This document shows, one piece after another, positions 12,219-26,178 of a stretch of 64,000 nucleotides of DNA. Source of the DNA: Octopus vulgaris (Eukaryota); contig OX597818.1 of the NCBI GenBank assembly GCA_951406725.2, positions 80,910,001-80,974,000 of the forward strand, given 5' to 3'. The translations under genes and the position numbers were made by a program. Under the pieces are notes generated by a model. The model was not told the DNA's origin. It worked only from the letters and a program-made list of their open reading frames with translations, and searched no databases. Every line of letters begins with the position of its first letter. Positions within the stretch are counted from its first letter, which is position 1.

Positions 12219-12499
12219 ATATCTATTAATAATAAACAAAGACATTCCATAACAGATAAGACCAAGATAACGTTTTAAAGAGTACAATAGAAATACGCAG
12301 ACCTTTTATAATTCAATTCAGAAATCTGATAAATACGAGGAGCTACCCAGATTCTTAAGGAGTAACAAAAGACAAGATAAAATAGAAAAATGGGTGGTGA
12401 GGTCCGGATGTTTCTTTCTTCTGACTCTCTTTTTATCTTTTTCCTTTTTATTTATGAAGAATTTTTCTCAAAAGGTAACCTACTTTATCACACCCACCA

Positions 12500-13599
<1,100 letters not shown>

Positions 13600-13711
13600 C
13601 CCCACACTGCGAGAGAGGGTGAGGGAGAGAGAGAAAGAGTTATTTAGAAACGTTTGCCGTTAAATACACAGTTAAATACACAAATGTATCTACTACTACT
13701 GCTGCTTCTGT

Positions 13712-13748
<37 letters not shown>

Positions 13749-14417
13749 GTAGACAGTAACAATAACTACAAAGAGCTCTACTACTTCCGCTGCTACTACC
13801 ACTGTCAACATTACTATTAACGGTAGTAGTGTTGCTGATGTTGCTTGTGTTGTTTGTATTGTCACCCCAATATCACTCACCACCATTTATAATGTTTCAC
13901 TGTAATCAACTTTAGACAAACCTCAGATTCCACAAGGGCGTTCGACTATTGTATTGTCGTGGTTATGACAGGGAGGTGACAATTACTTTACTCCTAAACC
14001 AGCACAGAATTGCCGGGTAATTTTCATACTAGAATAACTCAGCAGATTTTCGGAATAGCTCACCTATAAAAGTTGGATTTTCTTCGTTTTGACGGGAAAT
14101 TTTCAATTTTTTTTCCTCACCACATATTTGCAAATGATTGGAGGTGGTGGTGGTGGTGGTAGTGGGGGAGCATTTTATGAAAAAACATTTTGAAAGTTTA
14201 TATACCCTTCTCTTCACTTTATTTATTTATGTGTGTGTAAGACATCATAAAGAAGAATGGAGAATTATACATCTTCAAAACTTGTTTATTACAGTATCAT
14301 TCTCATTAGATTCACATTAGATTCCAATCCGACACGTGTTTCTGCTGCGTAAATATCCTAAAGACGTTTTAGCGTGTCTGCTAGCGAAAGGCTGCAAGCT
14401 GGCAAGTCCAGGTCAAA

Positions 14418-15090
14418 AGAGATGACTAGGACTTTTTACACTATATCTCGAGCAAAACCAACATGGATTCTCTTATGGTCTCATTCGATGTAATAAACCT
14501 CTACACCTCGATTCCTCACGGATACGGAGTAGAAGCGATTTAATTCTGGTTGGAAAAATCCCCAAGTAACATGCCTGACCGAATTGAAAAAGGATTTATC
14601 ATTGAAGGACTATAATTCATCGTACAAAATAGCTTTTTTAGCTTCAACAATAAAAGCTACTGACAAAAATCTGGGACTGCAATAGGAACGCATGAAGCCC
14701 ATACTTTTGCTAACATTATCATGAAGTACTTAGAGGTCCAAATATACGAACACACCAGACTGAAATTTGGCGACAACTTCCAAAATTACTTACTCGCTAT
14801 CTGGAAACATTATCTGGAAAATTGTTTCATTTTGTGGTCACATAACCTTGATCAACTCTTTGAATTTTAAAACTTATCATTTACTACAGTAGCCAATTTA
14901 CTTTGTCTTATGTATCAACACACATTCCAATAAGCATGGAAGCATACAACATCATTCATCAGAATATACTCCTTCTGATGAATGACCAGCGAATGGAAAA
15001 AGCACTCGAAGCACTTAAAATTATTAGAAGTAAAAAAACAACCCAAATCTCTAACAAGATTACTTACCACCGCCAAATTACCCACCAAAC
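14418..15090 (+). pseudogene. Penelope-like element reverse transcriptase remnant
   Basis: Manual translation: LMVSFDVINLYTSIPHG..QKSGTAIGTHEAHTFANIIM..WKHYLENCFILW, then YVSTH..KQPKSLTRLLTTAK. These match PLE RT motifs (FDVxSLYTxIP, QxxGxxMG, RYLDD); in-frame stops present. Confidence 0.88.
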
Positions 15091-15780
15091 TTCTTAATAG
15101 ATTGAGCCGCTTTTATATAATGGTTCCGAGATATGCTCCGCACGTAAAAATATCACATAATCAAGCAACGAATAGGTTTGTTCAAGTGAGAACTGTCGTG
15201 AGTCGTGCGGTTAAGAAGTTCAATTTGCAACCATATGGTTTCAGGTTCAGTTCCACAGCACAGCACTTTGGGCAAGTGTTTTCCACTTTAGCCCCAACCC
15301 GTCTAATATGATGCTTGAATTTGCTCAGGTGTCTGTCTGTGTGTCTACACACATACATACTTGACTCTGTGTGTGTGTATGTATATTTGATGTGTGCCAT
15401 AGTGTTTGTTCTCTGTCCACTACTTGACAACCGGTGTTAGTTTGTTTACATCCCTGTAATATAGCGGTTCAGCAAAAGGAACTGATCGAATAAGTACTAG
15501 ATTTAAAAGATAGTACTATGGTCAATTTGTTCGGTTAAACCCTTCAAAACGGTGCACCAGCATGGCTGGAACAATTAAAAGTAAATAATATTACTATTCA
15601 GAGATTAGAATGTTTTAATTTTTAAAAGTTCGGTCCAAATTGCAGAATGGGGCAAACATTTGATAACTTGACAACAGCAGCGGAAATAGTAATGGAGGTA
15701 CAACAGCGTTAACTCAAGCGGAACAACAAAATGGACTAATAACTGCTTAGCCCACAGAAGGCTTTGACAGTTTAAAGATA

Positions 15781-15914
15781 TCAAGCATAAACGCGACCCG
15801 GTTCCCACAGATATTTAAAATAATTTATAAAGACAGCATAACATCCTGTGCAAAAACAGGTTATAAAAGCATGTGCAGTATAGCATAAGAGCATCCCATT
15901 ATTATTGGGATATT
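15781..15914 (-). CDS. Candidate terminal coding exon of a putative membrane protein
   Basis: Acceptor tttatgtttcccacAG; phase-1 open frame (K)YPNNNGMLLCYTAHAFITCFCTGCYAVFINYFKYLWEPGRVYA*; non-repetitive context; no homolog recognised. Confidence 0.35.
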
Positions 15915-16264
15915 CTGTGGGAAACATAAATTTAGTAGTTTTGTCACACGCATATTGGAAAAGATATTTTAATGTAGTTTTGTAAGGAAAATATGAATCT
16001 GCATGTAAATACAATGCTGTGACAGTATACTGGAATAAAGCGTGAAACCATAAATTTATCAAATTAACTGTGTAGTTTATATTTTGCTTAAGATAATTGC
16101 TATACAGGATGTAAAGTTCGTACTTTTGTCCGCCATGTTTTACATAACCGCGATCAGCCCTCAGTTTGGTACGCTTCTGCTATGATTTTGTTGTCTTCCA
16201 CTCATTGCATGTGGATGGAGTTTTTTTTTTTGTAAATTCTTTTCAGCTCGCTAGAAGAATGTTT

Positions 16265-17101
16265 CTCTTTACTCTTCTACTCGTTTACTTGTTTCAGTCA
16301 TTTGACTGCGTCCATGCCGGAGCACCGCCTTTAGTCGAGCAAATCGACCCCAGGACTTATTCTTTGTAAGCCTAGTACTTATTCTATCGGTCTCTTTTGC
16401 TGAACCGCTAAGTTACAGGGACGTAAACACACCAGCATCGGTTGTCAAGTGATGTTGCGGGGACAAACACAGACACGCAAACATATACTCACGCATACAT
16501 ATATACATATACTAGCAGCATAGCCCGGCGTTGCCCGGGTATGTAAGAGCCCCTAGTAGGCAACGACTAATCCCAATCTAGTCCTTTCCCTCTAGGGAAC
16601 GAAGGCGCATGTGTAGGTTACAATGTCTTCTCTTCACTCGAATACTTCTGTGTATACGATGTTCCTAGCTGTCCCTTTGGGCGATAAAAAAGTCGAGTTG
16701 TGTCCCCTAGACAGAAAATGTGTTGCATATGAAAAGCTTAGATTCTCGACCCCATGTCGAATTTATCGATTTTTTCAGAACTGGGGGAACTTTTCAAAAT
16801 TTTCACTGTGTTAGTTTTGAATTATGACATTGGGCTATGTGTGTGTCAAGTTTCATCAGAATCGGTTGAAAGCCGTGGTCAGGGTGAGGGTACAACCTGA
16901 CAGACACACAGACAGACAAACTGCCGTTTATATAGAGAGATATACATATATACGACGGGCTTCTTTCAGTTTCCGTCTACCAAATCCACTCACAAGACTT
17001 TGGTCGTCCCGAGGCTATAGTAGAAGACAAGGTGCCACGCAGTGGGACTGAACCTAGAACCATGTGGTTGGTAAGCAAGCTACTTACCTCACAGCCACTC
17101 C
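16265..17101 (-). mobile_element. Family B SINE interrupted by a Helitron-type insertion
   Basis: SINE tail at 16265-16511 and head at 16941-17101. Confidence 0.85.
16512..16940 (-). mobile_element. Non-autonomous Helitron-like element
   Basis: Minus strand 5'-TC...; 3' hairpin cccgggcaacgccggg then CTAG; inserted between A and T with no TSD. Confidence 0.8.
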
Positions 17102-17969
17102 AATAAAGCTATTAAATAATGTAAGATGCATATCATGGGTGGGTTATGTATACCGAGGAATAATGTGTTGTGTTGAGATTTGTACGTACCGTAAACAATT
17201 TTTGTGATATTTCGAGTTGTATTCAATAGTTTGTTATTAATAAAGGCGGCGCGCTGGCAGAATCGTTAGCGCACTGGACAAAATGCTTAGCGGCATTTCT
17301 TTCGAATTTATGTCCTGAGTTCGAATTTAAAAAAAATTTTTTTTTTGGGGAATTTTCAGAAAATTTTTACACACGGAAATTCATACGATTATGCTACTCC
17401 CATCTCAAAATAAAATTGGCGCGTGATTTAAGGGATATTTAGTTATTCTATTTAGCACATTTGATGACTACAATTTAATAAGCCAAAAATGGTAACAGCT
17501 TGACTTTTTACTATGGAAATAGGCATCTATGTCTGGCTTTCTATTGGCTAAAATTACTCAAACTTTGCAAACTTAAAAAGCTATTAATTTCATGTCAATG
17601 ATTACCTTACAAAGCTACATCAGTACAGCAAATATGAAATCAATTGGAACAAACACTGAAGAAAATTGAAAAGTGGCAGCCAAACAGAAAAGAGCTATTG
17701 TTCATCATCCGGCTGCCTATCCTATAATATTCGATCTCCTATCCGTAATACGGACTAATTAGACGCAGGGCAATATTTTGCTATATTTAAAAATATATGA
17801 AGTGTATTTCATGTACCGGTAAATATGGCTATTGACAAATATACAAAGGGTGTGAAACCATGAATCAGAAAGTTAACAAACGATAAACAAATGAAGTTAG
17901 AACAGGATACGATTTAGCAAAATAAATTCAAGTTAAGCAATCCAGAAACAGGAACAGACGTGTACTTAC

Positions 17970-18038
17970 TGAGTTGGCCAATAGAAAAGGATATAAAGAA
18001 AAGAACAATTCCTGGGAAATAACTTTGAAAAGCAGGAC
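17970..18038 (-). CDS. Candidate 69-nt internal coding exon (hydrophobic)
   Basis: Acceptor gtatgtctctttttAG, donor GTAAGT; symmetric phase-1 reading (G)PAFQSYFPGIVLFFISFSIGQL joins in frame to 15914. Confidence 0.45.
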
Positions 18039-19224
18039 CTAAAAAGAGACATACAGAGAATCAACAAACATATACAGTAATGTCTCGATATATTAGTTAA
18101 TTTCGTCTGTCTTTACGTTCTGAGTTCAAATTCCGCCGAGGTCGACTTTGCCTTTTATCCTTTCGGGGTCGATAAATTAAGTACCAGTTGCGTACTGGAG
18201 TCAATCTAATCAACTGACCCCCTCCCCCAAAATTTCGGGCCTTGTGCCTAGAGTAGAGCAGGATATACGAGTTAATTTGTTCCCGGACACCGCTCGTAAA
18301 GCGAAAACTCGTAAAACAGAACAATAATTTCCCATAGTAGCAATGTTATAAATCGTTATTCGTTCCCAGAAAAATATTTTACCTATAAAATTTATAATAA
18401 TCGTAAATAAATGGCTATAAAACAACAGTAGAATATAAAGAATATCTTATGTAACTTAAAAAGAATATCAATATCATCTCTTATTATAAAAGGCAGATTT
18501 TAAGATTTGACATACACACCAGAATGTGAGTTTTCTGTAAATTTTGCTTAATTGGAGTTTAAATTTTAAAAACTGGACCTGGCATGACCCGATGCATTCT
18601 ACTCTTAAAAATGCTAGGTAAATTGTAATTGGAGAAATCCTATATTGTAGATTTCTATAAGTGACAAAGGGAGGCAGATAAAATCTGCCTTTTATAATAA
18701 AAGATAAGACAGTAACGTGTGATTTTGGGGAAATTTGGCTGTTATTTCTACCAGGTCTAGCTACCATGTACAGGTCCCCCTCATTGGCTCATATATATAT
18801 ACATACATAAGACAGTAAGGTGTGATTTGAGGGAGATTTGGCTGCTGTTTCTACCAGGTCTGTTAGGCCTTCTCATGTAAACTCAAGCTTTCTCATGCCT
18901 TGAACATAAGACCAAAGCAGAGAATGTATTCTTTTATTCTTCTGCTTTTTCCAGCCATTGGTCTGTGGCCATGCTGGGGCAATGCCTTGAAGAATTGTAG
19001 TTTAATGAATCAACTCCAGTTTTATTTTTGTAAGCATTGTACTTATTCTATCTGTTTCTTTTGTCAAACCACTAGGTGACAGGGATGTAAACAAACCAAC
19101 ATTCGTTGTCAAGCAGTGGTGGAGGACAATCACAAGCACAGACACGCACACACACACACATACATGCATACACATATACACACATACATACATACATACA
19201 TATATATATGTGTGTATATATATA

Positions 19225-19483
19225 TTGCAGCGTGGAAGGTGTTTGTAAGCCATTTAAGAAACACACAAAAACCGTTAGATTCACTTCAACATTTAAATTT
19301 AATTTGCCAAAATATTTTTCTCGCTTTGAGACCGCGACCTGTTCACTGACAAAAATATCGTGCTAACAGGTCGCGGTCTCAAAGCGACGAAAATATTTTG
19401 ACAAATTAAATTTAAATGTTGAAGTGAATCTAACGGTTTTTGTGTGTTTCTTAAATGGCTTATAAACACCTTCAACGCTGCAA
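19225..19483. mobile_element. Fold-back element (119-bp arms), probable Penelope pLTR inversion
   Basis: Arms 19225-19343 / 19365-19483 nearly perfectly complementary; lies between (TA)n tracts; carries a hammerhead-like motif. Confidence 0.7.
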
Positions 19484-19543
19484 CTGTTTTCGTTCCAGCA
19501 CACGATCTCAGATCAAGTCACTTGCTATGCAAGTACATCTCTG

Positions 19544-19604
<61 letters not shown>

Positions 19605-19786
19605 TACAAAATTAGAGAATGGAGAAACATACTTAAATCAATAAAACATCAACTATCAGATGATACCCAATCAATACTTTAATACACCATTACATATCAG
19701 TAAAGGCATTATAAAAAATATACAGTAAGAGTAAATAGACAAAGAGATATAAGTATAAAATTTCAAATATAATATGTAATTAAATC

Positions 19787-19902
19787 AATTCTGACAGCTG
19801 TTTCGGCAGTGAGGGCAGTCATACCTCATTTAACCTATAAGCCATAAAGGCAGGTATAAATGAGGCATTAACAAGGATGCCCCACGGCCTCTTCAGAGAA
19901 TT
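19787..19902 (-). ncRNA. Type-I hammerhead ribozyme with extended stem II
   Basis: Minus strand: aattct-CTGAAGA-GGC...(structured insert)...GCC-GAAA-CAGCTG-TC-agaatt. All core nucleotides canonical, GUC cleavage triplet, 6-bp stem I. Confidence 0.8.
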
Positions 19903-20265
19903 AAATTTGTTATAATTGTGAAAAAGATTATTTAACCATATACATATAAATATAAAATATAAAAATGTAAAATATAAAAACTTATACATAAACTTCATAA
20001 TGCTACACTTATATAATATAATACTCATTGGTACAATAATGGAAGGTAAACAGAACAAAATAAAACAAAATATATATCAGTGTATATATTAATATTAATA
20101 AGCACCGATATTATACATATTTGGCTAATAGTTTAAAAAAACAAAAAACAAAAAAAACTAACACATAGGGAGATGAAAAATAATATATATATATATGTAT
20201 ATTGGTAAAAACAGTAAGATAACAAAAGAAAGAAAGAGACCTCAATATTATGTAAATAGAGAAAA

Positions 20266-20656
20266 TCTTTATATATAAAAGTGAGGTTGTGTGTCTGTCT
20301 CCTACGATTTAGATTCCTAACTACTCCCACATTTTGCGGTGCAGTTTAACCAAAACCGGGTATCTTATAGTCGTGATTCATATCGAGACCGTCTGGGTAT
20401 TAGCGCGCGTCTACGATGAGTCTACGATTAAAAAAAATTTACCATCAATTTTTCCCATTTTTAATCCATTTTTGACATATATAAGGGAAGTAACTCTCTA
20501 AAATTTATTATTAAATCTCAGAACGTAAAAAGCTACAGTAACACCCTCCCCTTTGTGGTTAGCCATATTGAGATGGCTATTATACTTTACATCTCTAAAA
20601 ATGCTTATATAATTATTTCCCTTACAAACCCGAGCAACGCCGGGTGATACTGCTAG
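20266..20656 (+). mobile_element. Non-autonomous Helitron-like element
   Basis: a|TCtttatatataaaag.. 5' end; 3' cccgagcaacgccggg hairpin and CTAG|t. Confidence 0.8.
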
Positions 20657-21319
20657 TTTATAATAAAAAATATTACTATAATCGTTTTGTTAATCATTTT
20701 CACTCACACTAGACTCGCGCACATCATCACTTGTAGACACGATCACCGATTCACAAGCACTCGGAGACAGACTTGTAGATTTCTTTTAAAAAAACAAGTC
20801 CAGAGTTGTTTGCTTAGAAGAACCTTTTTTTTTTCACTCTCTATAAATTCCTCGGTAACACGCAGAAGCATTTGTTATGGAAGTAGAAACTTTTGCACTT
20901 CGTTCAAAATTTGGATCTTGTGCTTGAAAATAAAACTTGTAAACCCGGGGTCTCGTAAAGCGGGTCCTCATAAAGTGAGGAATTACTGTACACACATACA
21001 CACGAATAAAACCAAATGGACGGCAAGGTATTTCCGTCAAACTAAAGCGTTTGACCCGGTCATAAAAACAACAAAAAAAAAAGTGTAATAGGTGTAAAAC
21101 AACTTGCTCTAAACGAATATGACAAAAAATACTACAGAAACTTATGAAATGTTCCAGACTGCTAATGGATTGTATGAGCTGGGCATCTGTTGCTTGCTGG
21201 CACAAGAGCTCCAAGAATGGTAGAGAGATGAGAGACGATGTGGGAGAGAGATGGACATTAGAATATCAGAGCTGGTTGAAAAAGTTCGCAAATTTCTAAT
21301 GAAGACAGTCATGTGTCTA

Positions 21320-21523
21320 CGAGGGTTGTTGAAAGTTCCTGGTTTTAAGGATGTCGCGAAAGGCCTGGATGACGACCCAATATTTCGAGTTCTTTTACAG
21401 GGCTTAGAAAAACTGGAGGACCGCTGCAATAAGTGTGTGCGTGTGAGAGGAGAATATGTTAAATAAAATCATAATTAACCGACCCTTCTGTATTTTCTTT
21501 TACGCAAAGCCAGGAGCTCCTCG
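21320..21523. mobile_element. Mariner-derived MITE
   Basis: TA-cgagggttgttgaaagttcctgg...ccaggagctcctcg-TA; relatives at ~23431, 24688, 26581 and 27641. Confidence 0.75.
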
Positions 21524-21559
21524 TATAATATCAATAAGCATACTGTTTGGCGTTGGTGT

Positions 21560-21922
21560 GTTGACTACACAGAATCGTCCGTGAAGATTTGAGTATGTGC
21601 AAAATTTGTGCAATGTTTGTTCCCAGGATATTCAATGACGAGCTTCCTGGTAACCGAGTACTTGACAAAGACGGTCATCAGAACTGTCCCTCGCATTCCT
21701 TACAGTCCAGACCTTGCTCCCTGTGACTCTTGGTCGTTCCTCCAGTTAAAAGGGAACCTCAGGGACAGTCGTTTCAAAGATAGTAAGGTCACAAAGTGGC
21801 TAGAGTGCTACAATATGTGCATTGAAGTGATAGGATGCTGTTTTGTACTTAGAGTTTTGTACTTCTTTGAAATTGATCAATATCTCACATAAAAAAGGCT
21901 GAAAACTTTTGGAATACACACC
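21560..21922 (+). pseudogene. Mariner transposase remnant
   Basis: ORF 21608-21892 contains PYSPDLAPCDSWSFLQLK. Confidence 0.8.
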
Positions 21923-21960
21923 TTGTGTGTGTATGTGTGTGTGTGTGTGTGTATATATGC

Positions 21961-22011
<51 letters not shown>

Positions 22012-22014
<3 letters not shown>

Positions 22015-22297
22015 TGCAGGAGTGGCTGTGTAGTAAGTAGCTTGCTTACCAACCACATGGTTCCGGGTTCAGTCCCACTGCGTGGCATCTTGGGCAAATG
22101 TCTTCTGCTATAGCCCCGGGCCGACCAATGCCTTGTGAGTGGATTTGGTAGACGGAAACTGAAAGAAGCCTGTCGTATATATGTATGTATGTATGTGTGT
22201 GTATATGTTTGTGTGTCTGTGTTTGTCCCTCCAACATCGCTAGACAACCGATGCTGGTGTATTTACGTCCCCGTAACTTAGCGGTTCGGCAAAAGCG
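22012..22297 (+). mobile_element. tRNA-derived SINE (family B), 3'-truncated
   Basis: ggtgcaggagtggctgtgtagtaagtagcttgc..ggttcagtcccactgcgtggca; an opposite-orientation copy follows at ~22370-22545. Confidence 0.85.
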
Positions 22298-22311
22298 GGT
22301 CTTTAATGATA

Positions 22312-22360
<49 letters not shown>

Positions 22361-22543
22361 CATAAATATATACGAGGACTTTCTGTCAGTTTCCGTCTAC
22401 CAATCTACCGATCCACTCACAAGGTTTTGGTTGGCCTGGAGATTTGGTAGAAGACACCTGCCCAAGGTACTATGCAGTGGGACTGAATCCAGAACCATAT
22501 GGTTGGGAAGTAAACTTCTTGCCGCACAGTCACACCTGCACCG

Positions 22544-22583
<40 letters not shown>

Positions 22584-22950
22584 GAATAAACAAACCCCAC
22601 AATGCAGCATAACACCCAACAAAACGAGGAGTGTATTAAATCCACTCCAAGGAGGTGATGAATTCCACTTGGCAACGTAAGAATGTAAATGTTGACAGGT
22701 CGCTTTCATCCCTACTGCTATGGAACGAGTGACATAAATTAACGAAGAGAATGTCACTTTAATAAAATAAAAAGAAGTATTTTACGTAGGCACTCGGCCT
22801 GTATGATTTATAGCTGCACATCAGATATCGTGGTCGTTGAAGCATTTTATTAAAAGGAAAATGGCTGCAGCTAGTTTTCATTTTTTTTTTTATTGTTTAG
22901 AAATTTTAAAGAACAAGAACGGACACATTGACCAAACTGAGATCTGTCTG

Positions 22951-23041
<91 letters not shown>

Positions 23042-24018
23042 GTCTGTCTGTCTGTCTGACTGTCTGTGTATAGATAAATATTTCTTGTTTCTACGCCAAG
23101 ATGTTGCACAAGTTTAAACAATTTCCATTCATTTTCGTAAACATAACAATTTATAAGCCAATCCTCACATGGCTCCCACTTCCTATGAGAAATACTGGAT
23201 TAAAAATATAAAAACATACCACACACAATAACACTGACATAATACCCAGTCAACCATTTATTCTGCTTTACTTGTTCCTAAAGAAGACTTGCTGAGAAAA
23301 TAGCCCTTCTTCTTCTTTGTCAACCTTTTTGTCTGTTTATCTGTCTTTGCTTTGTTTCCTCCTCCCCTCCCCTCCTCCTCCTCCCCACCTCTTCTTCCTC
23401 TTTTCTTTGCTGATGTTTGGCATACACCTGTATGACGGGGTGCCGTAAAGTCCCTGGCTCTGGGTAAAAGAAAATACAGTAGGTTGAGTTAATTACGATT
23501 TTATTCAACATTCACACACTTATTGCAGCGGTCTTCCAGTTTTTCTAAGCCCTGTAAAAAAAAAAAAAAAAATTGGCCTGTAAAAAAAAAAAAAATTGGC
23601 CCTCTAATCAGGCCTTTTTTGCGCGACATCCTTAAAGCCAGGAAATTTTCAGCACGTAACTCGTACACCTGATCAAAATCATACCAACCGTGGCCATTCA
23701 GCCTTTTTATTTTTCGACACAGTATTTCCACGACTCCAACTCCATTTCTATTGTCACCAAGCCAACCTATTGATATCATTGCATGTTTGTCACACTCATT
23801 AAAATCCGGATATATATTATTCATGTCCTTCACATCAAGAGGATAAGCCGTATGATTTCAAGAAAATTTAGCAACTATTTTTAACCGACAAAATGCACAG
23901 GTGATCCCCTGGTTCAATGTGGATAAAAGGTGTGTACACGACACGTCATCTTGCACACAGTTGTCTCTCTGGTGCAGTCACCCAATCTTTCTTTCCGTGT
24001 CACTGGAATCATGTCTTC

Positions 24019-24624
24019 CCATCCATCCATCCATCCATCCATCCATCCATCCATCCATCCATCCATCCATCCATCCATCCATCCATCCATCCATCCATCC
24101 ATCCATCCATCCATCCATCCATCCATCCATCCATCCATCCATCCATCCATCCATCCATCCATCCATCCATCCATCCATCCATCCATCCATCCATCCATCC
24201 ATCCATCCATCCATCCATCCATCCATCCATCCATCCATCCATCCATCCATCCATCCATCCATCCATCCATCCATCCATCCATCCATCCATCCATCCATCC
24301 ATCCATCCATCCATCCATCCATCCATCCATCCATCCATCCATCCATCCATCCATCCATCCATCCATCCATCCATCCATCCATCCATCCATCCATCCATCC
24401 ATCCATCCATCCATCCATCCATCCATCCATCCATCCATCCATCCATCCATCCATCCATCCATCCATCCATCCATCCATCCATCCATCCATCCATCCATCC
24501 ATCCATCCATCCATCCATCCATCCATCCATCCATCCATCCATCCATCCATCCATCCATCCATCCATCCATCCATCCATCCATCCATCCATCCATCCATCC
24601 ATCCATCCATCCATCCATCCATCC
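24019..24624. repeat. Perfect (CCAT)n array, ~151 units
   Basis: Directly visible; source of the HPSI/MDGW pseudo-ORFs. Confidence 0.98.
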
Positions 24625-24645
24625 TCCCCTCTCTCTTTGTGTGTG

Positions 24646-24689
<44 letters not shown>

Positions 24690-25123
24690 CGAGAGGGTGC
24701 TGAAAACTTCCTGACTTTGGATAAAAGAAAATACAAGAGGATTAAAAATGCTATAATCGTCGCCCTTTTCAAGCCTAGCCAGTCTCATGGGCCCGGTTTC
24801 CCGGTTTATGTGGCGTATAGTCTTGGAATCGAAACAGCGATCCACCGACTGCGAGTCCACTGCCCTAACTACTGTGCCATTGCGACTCCACAGGAAGATT
24901 AGTTAATTATGATTTTACTGAACATATTTCCCTCTCAGATTCACACACTTATTGCAGCGGTCCATCAGGTTTTCTAAAAGAACTCAGAAGCCAGGGATTT
25001 TTCTGTACCTCCCCGTATGTGTTTGTCGGCTTGACAACTGGTGTTGGTTTGTTTACGTCCCAGTAACTTAACAGTTTGGCGAAAAGAGACCAACAGAACA
25101 AGTACAAGGTTTTAAAAATAATA

Positions 25124-26065
25124 CTGGGGTTCATATGATCTCTGGGAGCCCATATAAAATTTTTGAGGGGTTCACACAACAAAATAGTAAATCGGGGATC
25201 CACAGTAGTATTTTAAGGGTCCTGAAAAAATTTTGCTTTAGATGCATGTATAGGTATGTATTGCAAGAAAGAGGGTTATAACGGCAAATGATAAATAAGA
25301 GAAATGTGGAAATGGATTTATGACGTGAGATTAAAACTGAACTGGAAAGCGACGATTTATTCTCCGTTATAAAATACAGTGTTTGCCATACATGAATTAA
25401 CACAACATAACAGGTTACAACAAGGATGTGTGAGACACTTCGTGGTTGGGTTGGACTGTTGATTTTGTAAACAGTTGATGTACTGTTTGGTGGTGTTTAA
25501 AGGCTGCCGTTGGTCTGTTGGTCGTGTGATGTTCATACAACAACGACGTAAGCAGGCGACTGGCGGAGAAGATGAATATGGAGACTGGCTGGTGTTAGAT
25601 ACATCGTTGCTAGAGACGAGTTGCGTGTCGTCAGTGACGAGTGTCAAAGACATAGGGCTGTCAAGAACTGTCGTTCTTATAGAAAATAGTAGGCTCTCAG
25701 GAACTGGTGATTAATTTACTGCGTAAGGAAAAATGAACTAACTTGTTGGGCCAAATAGGTTCGTTTAATCACGAGATCATGTAATCTGCTGGAACGAAAA
25801 GGGCTTGTGGAGTCGATATTCGAGTATTTAAACCTAGATGAGACAAAACGAAAACATCTCACACATAATGAGTGTAAATCACTTCTGCTACAGGTTTCTT
25901 TCTCTAACATTTTACATGGTTCAATCTACAGAAATTAATGTGTAAAAACATCGATAAATAACATTTTATAAAATTAGTTTTTAAACATCACATGGCTATA
26001 GGAGTCCACAAGAATAAAATAGTAATCAAAAGGGTCCATAGATAAAAAGTGGTTGAGAACCCGTG
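25124..26065. mobile_element. Non-autonomous hAT element interrupted by an insertion
   Basis: Ends ggttgagaacccgtg; flanks align in reverse to the uninterrupted hAT MITE at 55339-55615. Confidence 0.7.
25277..25892 (-). mobile_element. Probable solo LTR (~616 bp)
   Basis: Insertion relative to the 55339 paralog; termini TaTAACGG...CTGCTACA; imperfect 4-bp TSD gggt/ggtt; minus-strand TATAAG (~25676) and AATAAA (~25354). Confidence 0.55.
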
Positions 26066-26140
26066 GACTAAGACCTTTAAAGTGGTGTCCAATCATGGCC
26101 ACTGTTCTGTGACCGAAACAATAGATAAAAGATCCCCCCC

Positions 26141-26178
<38 letters not shown>

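Noticed and set aside
23901-24902. HPSI/MDGW repeat proteins up to 333 aa
   Set aside because: (CCAT)n is open in all six frames.
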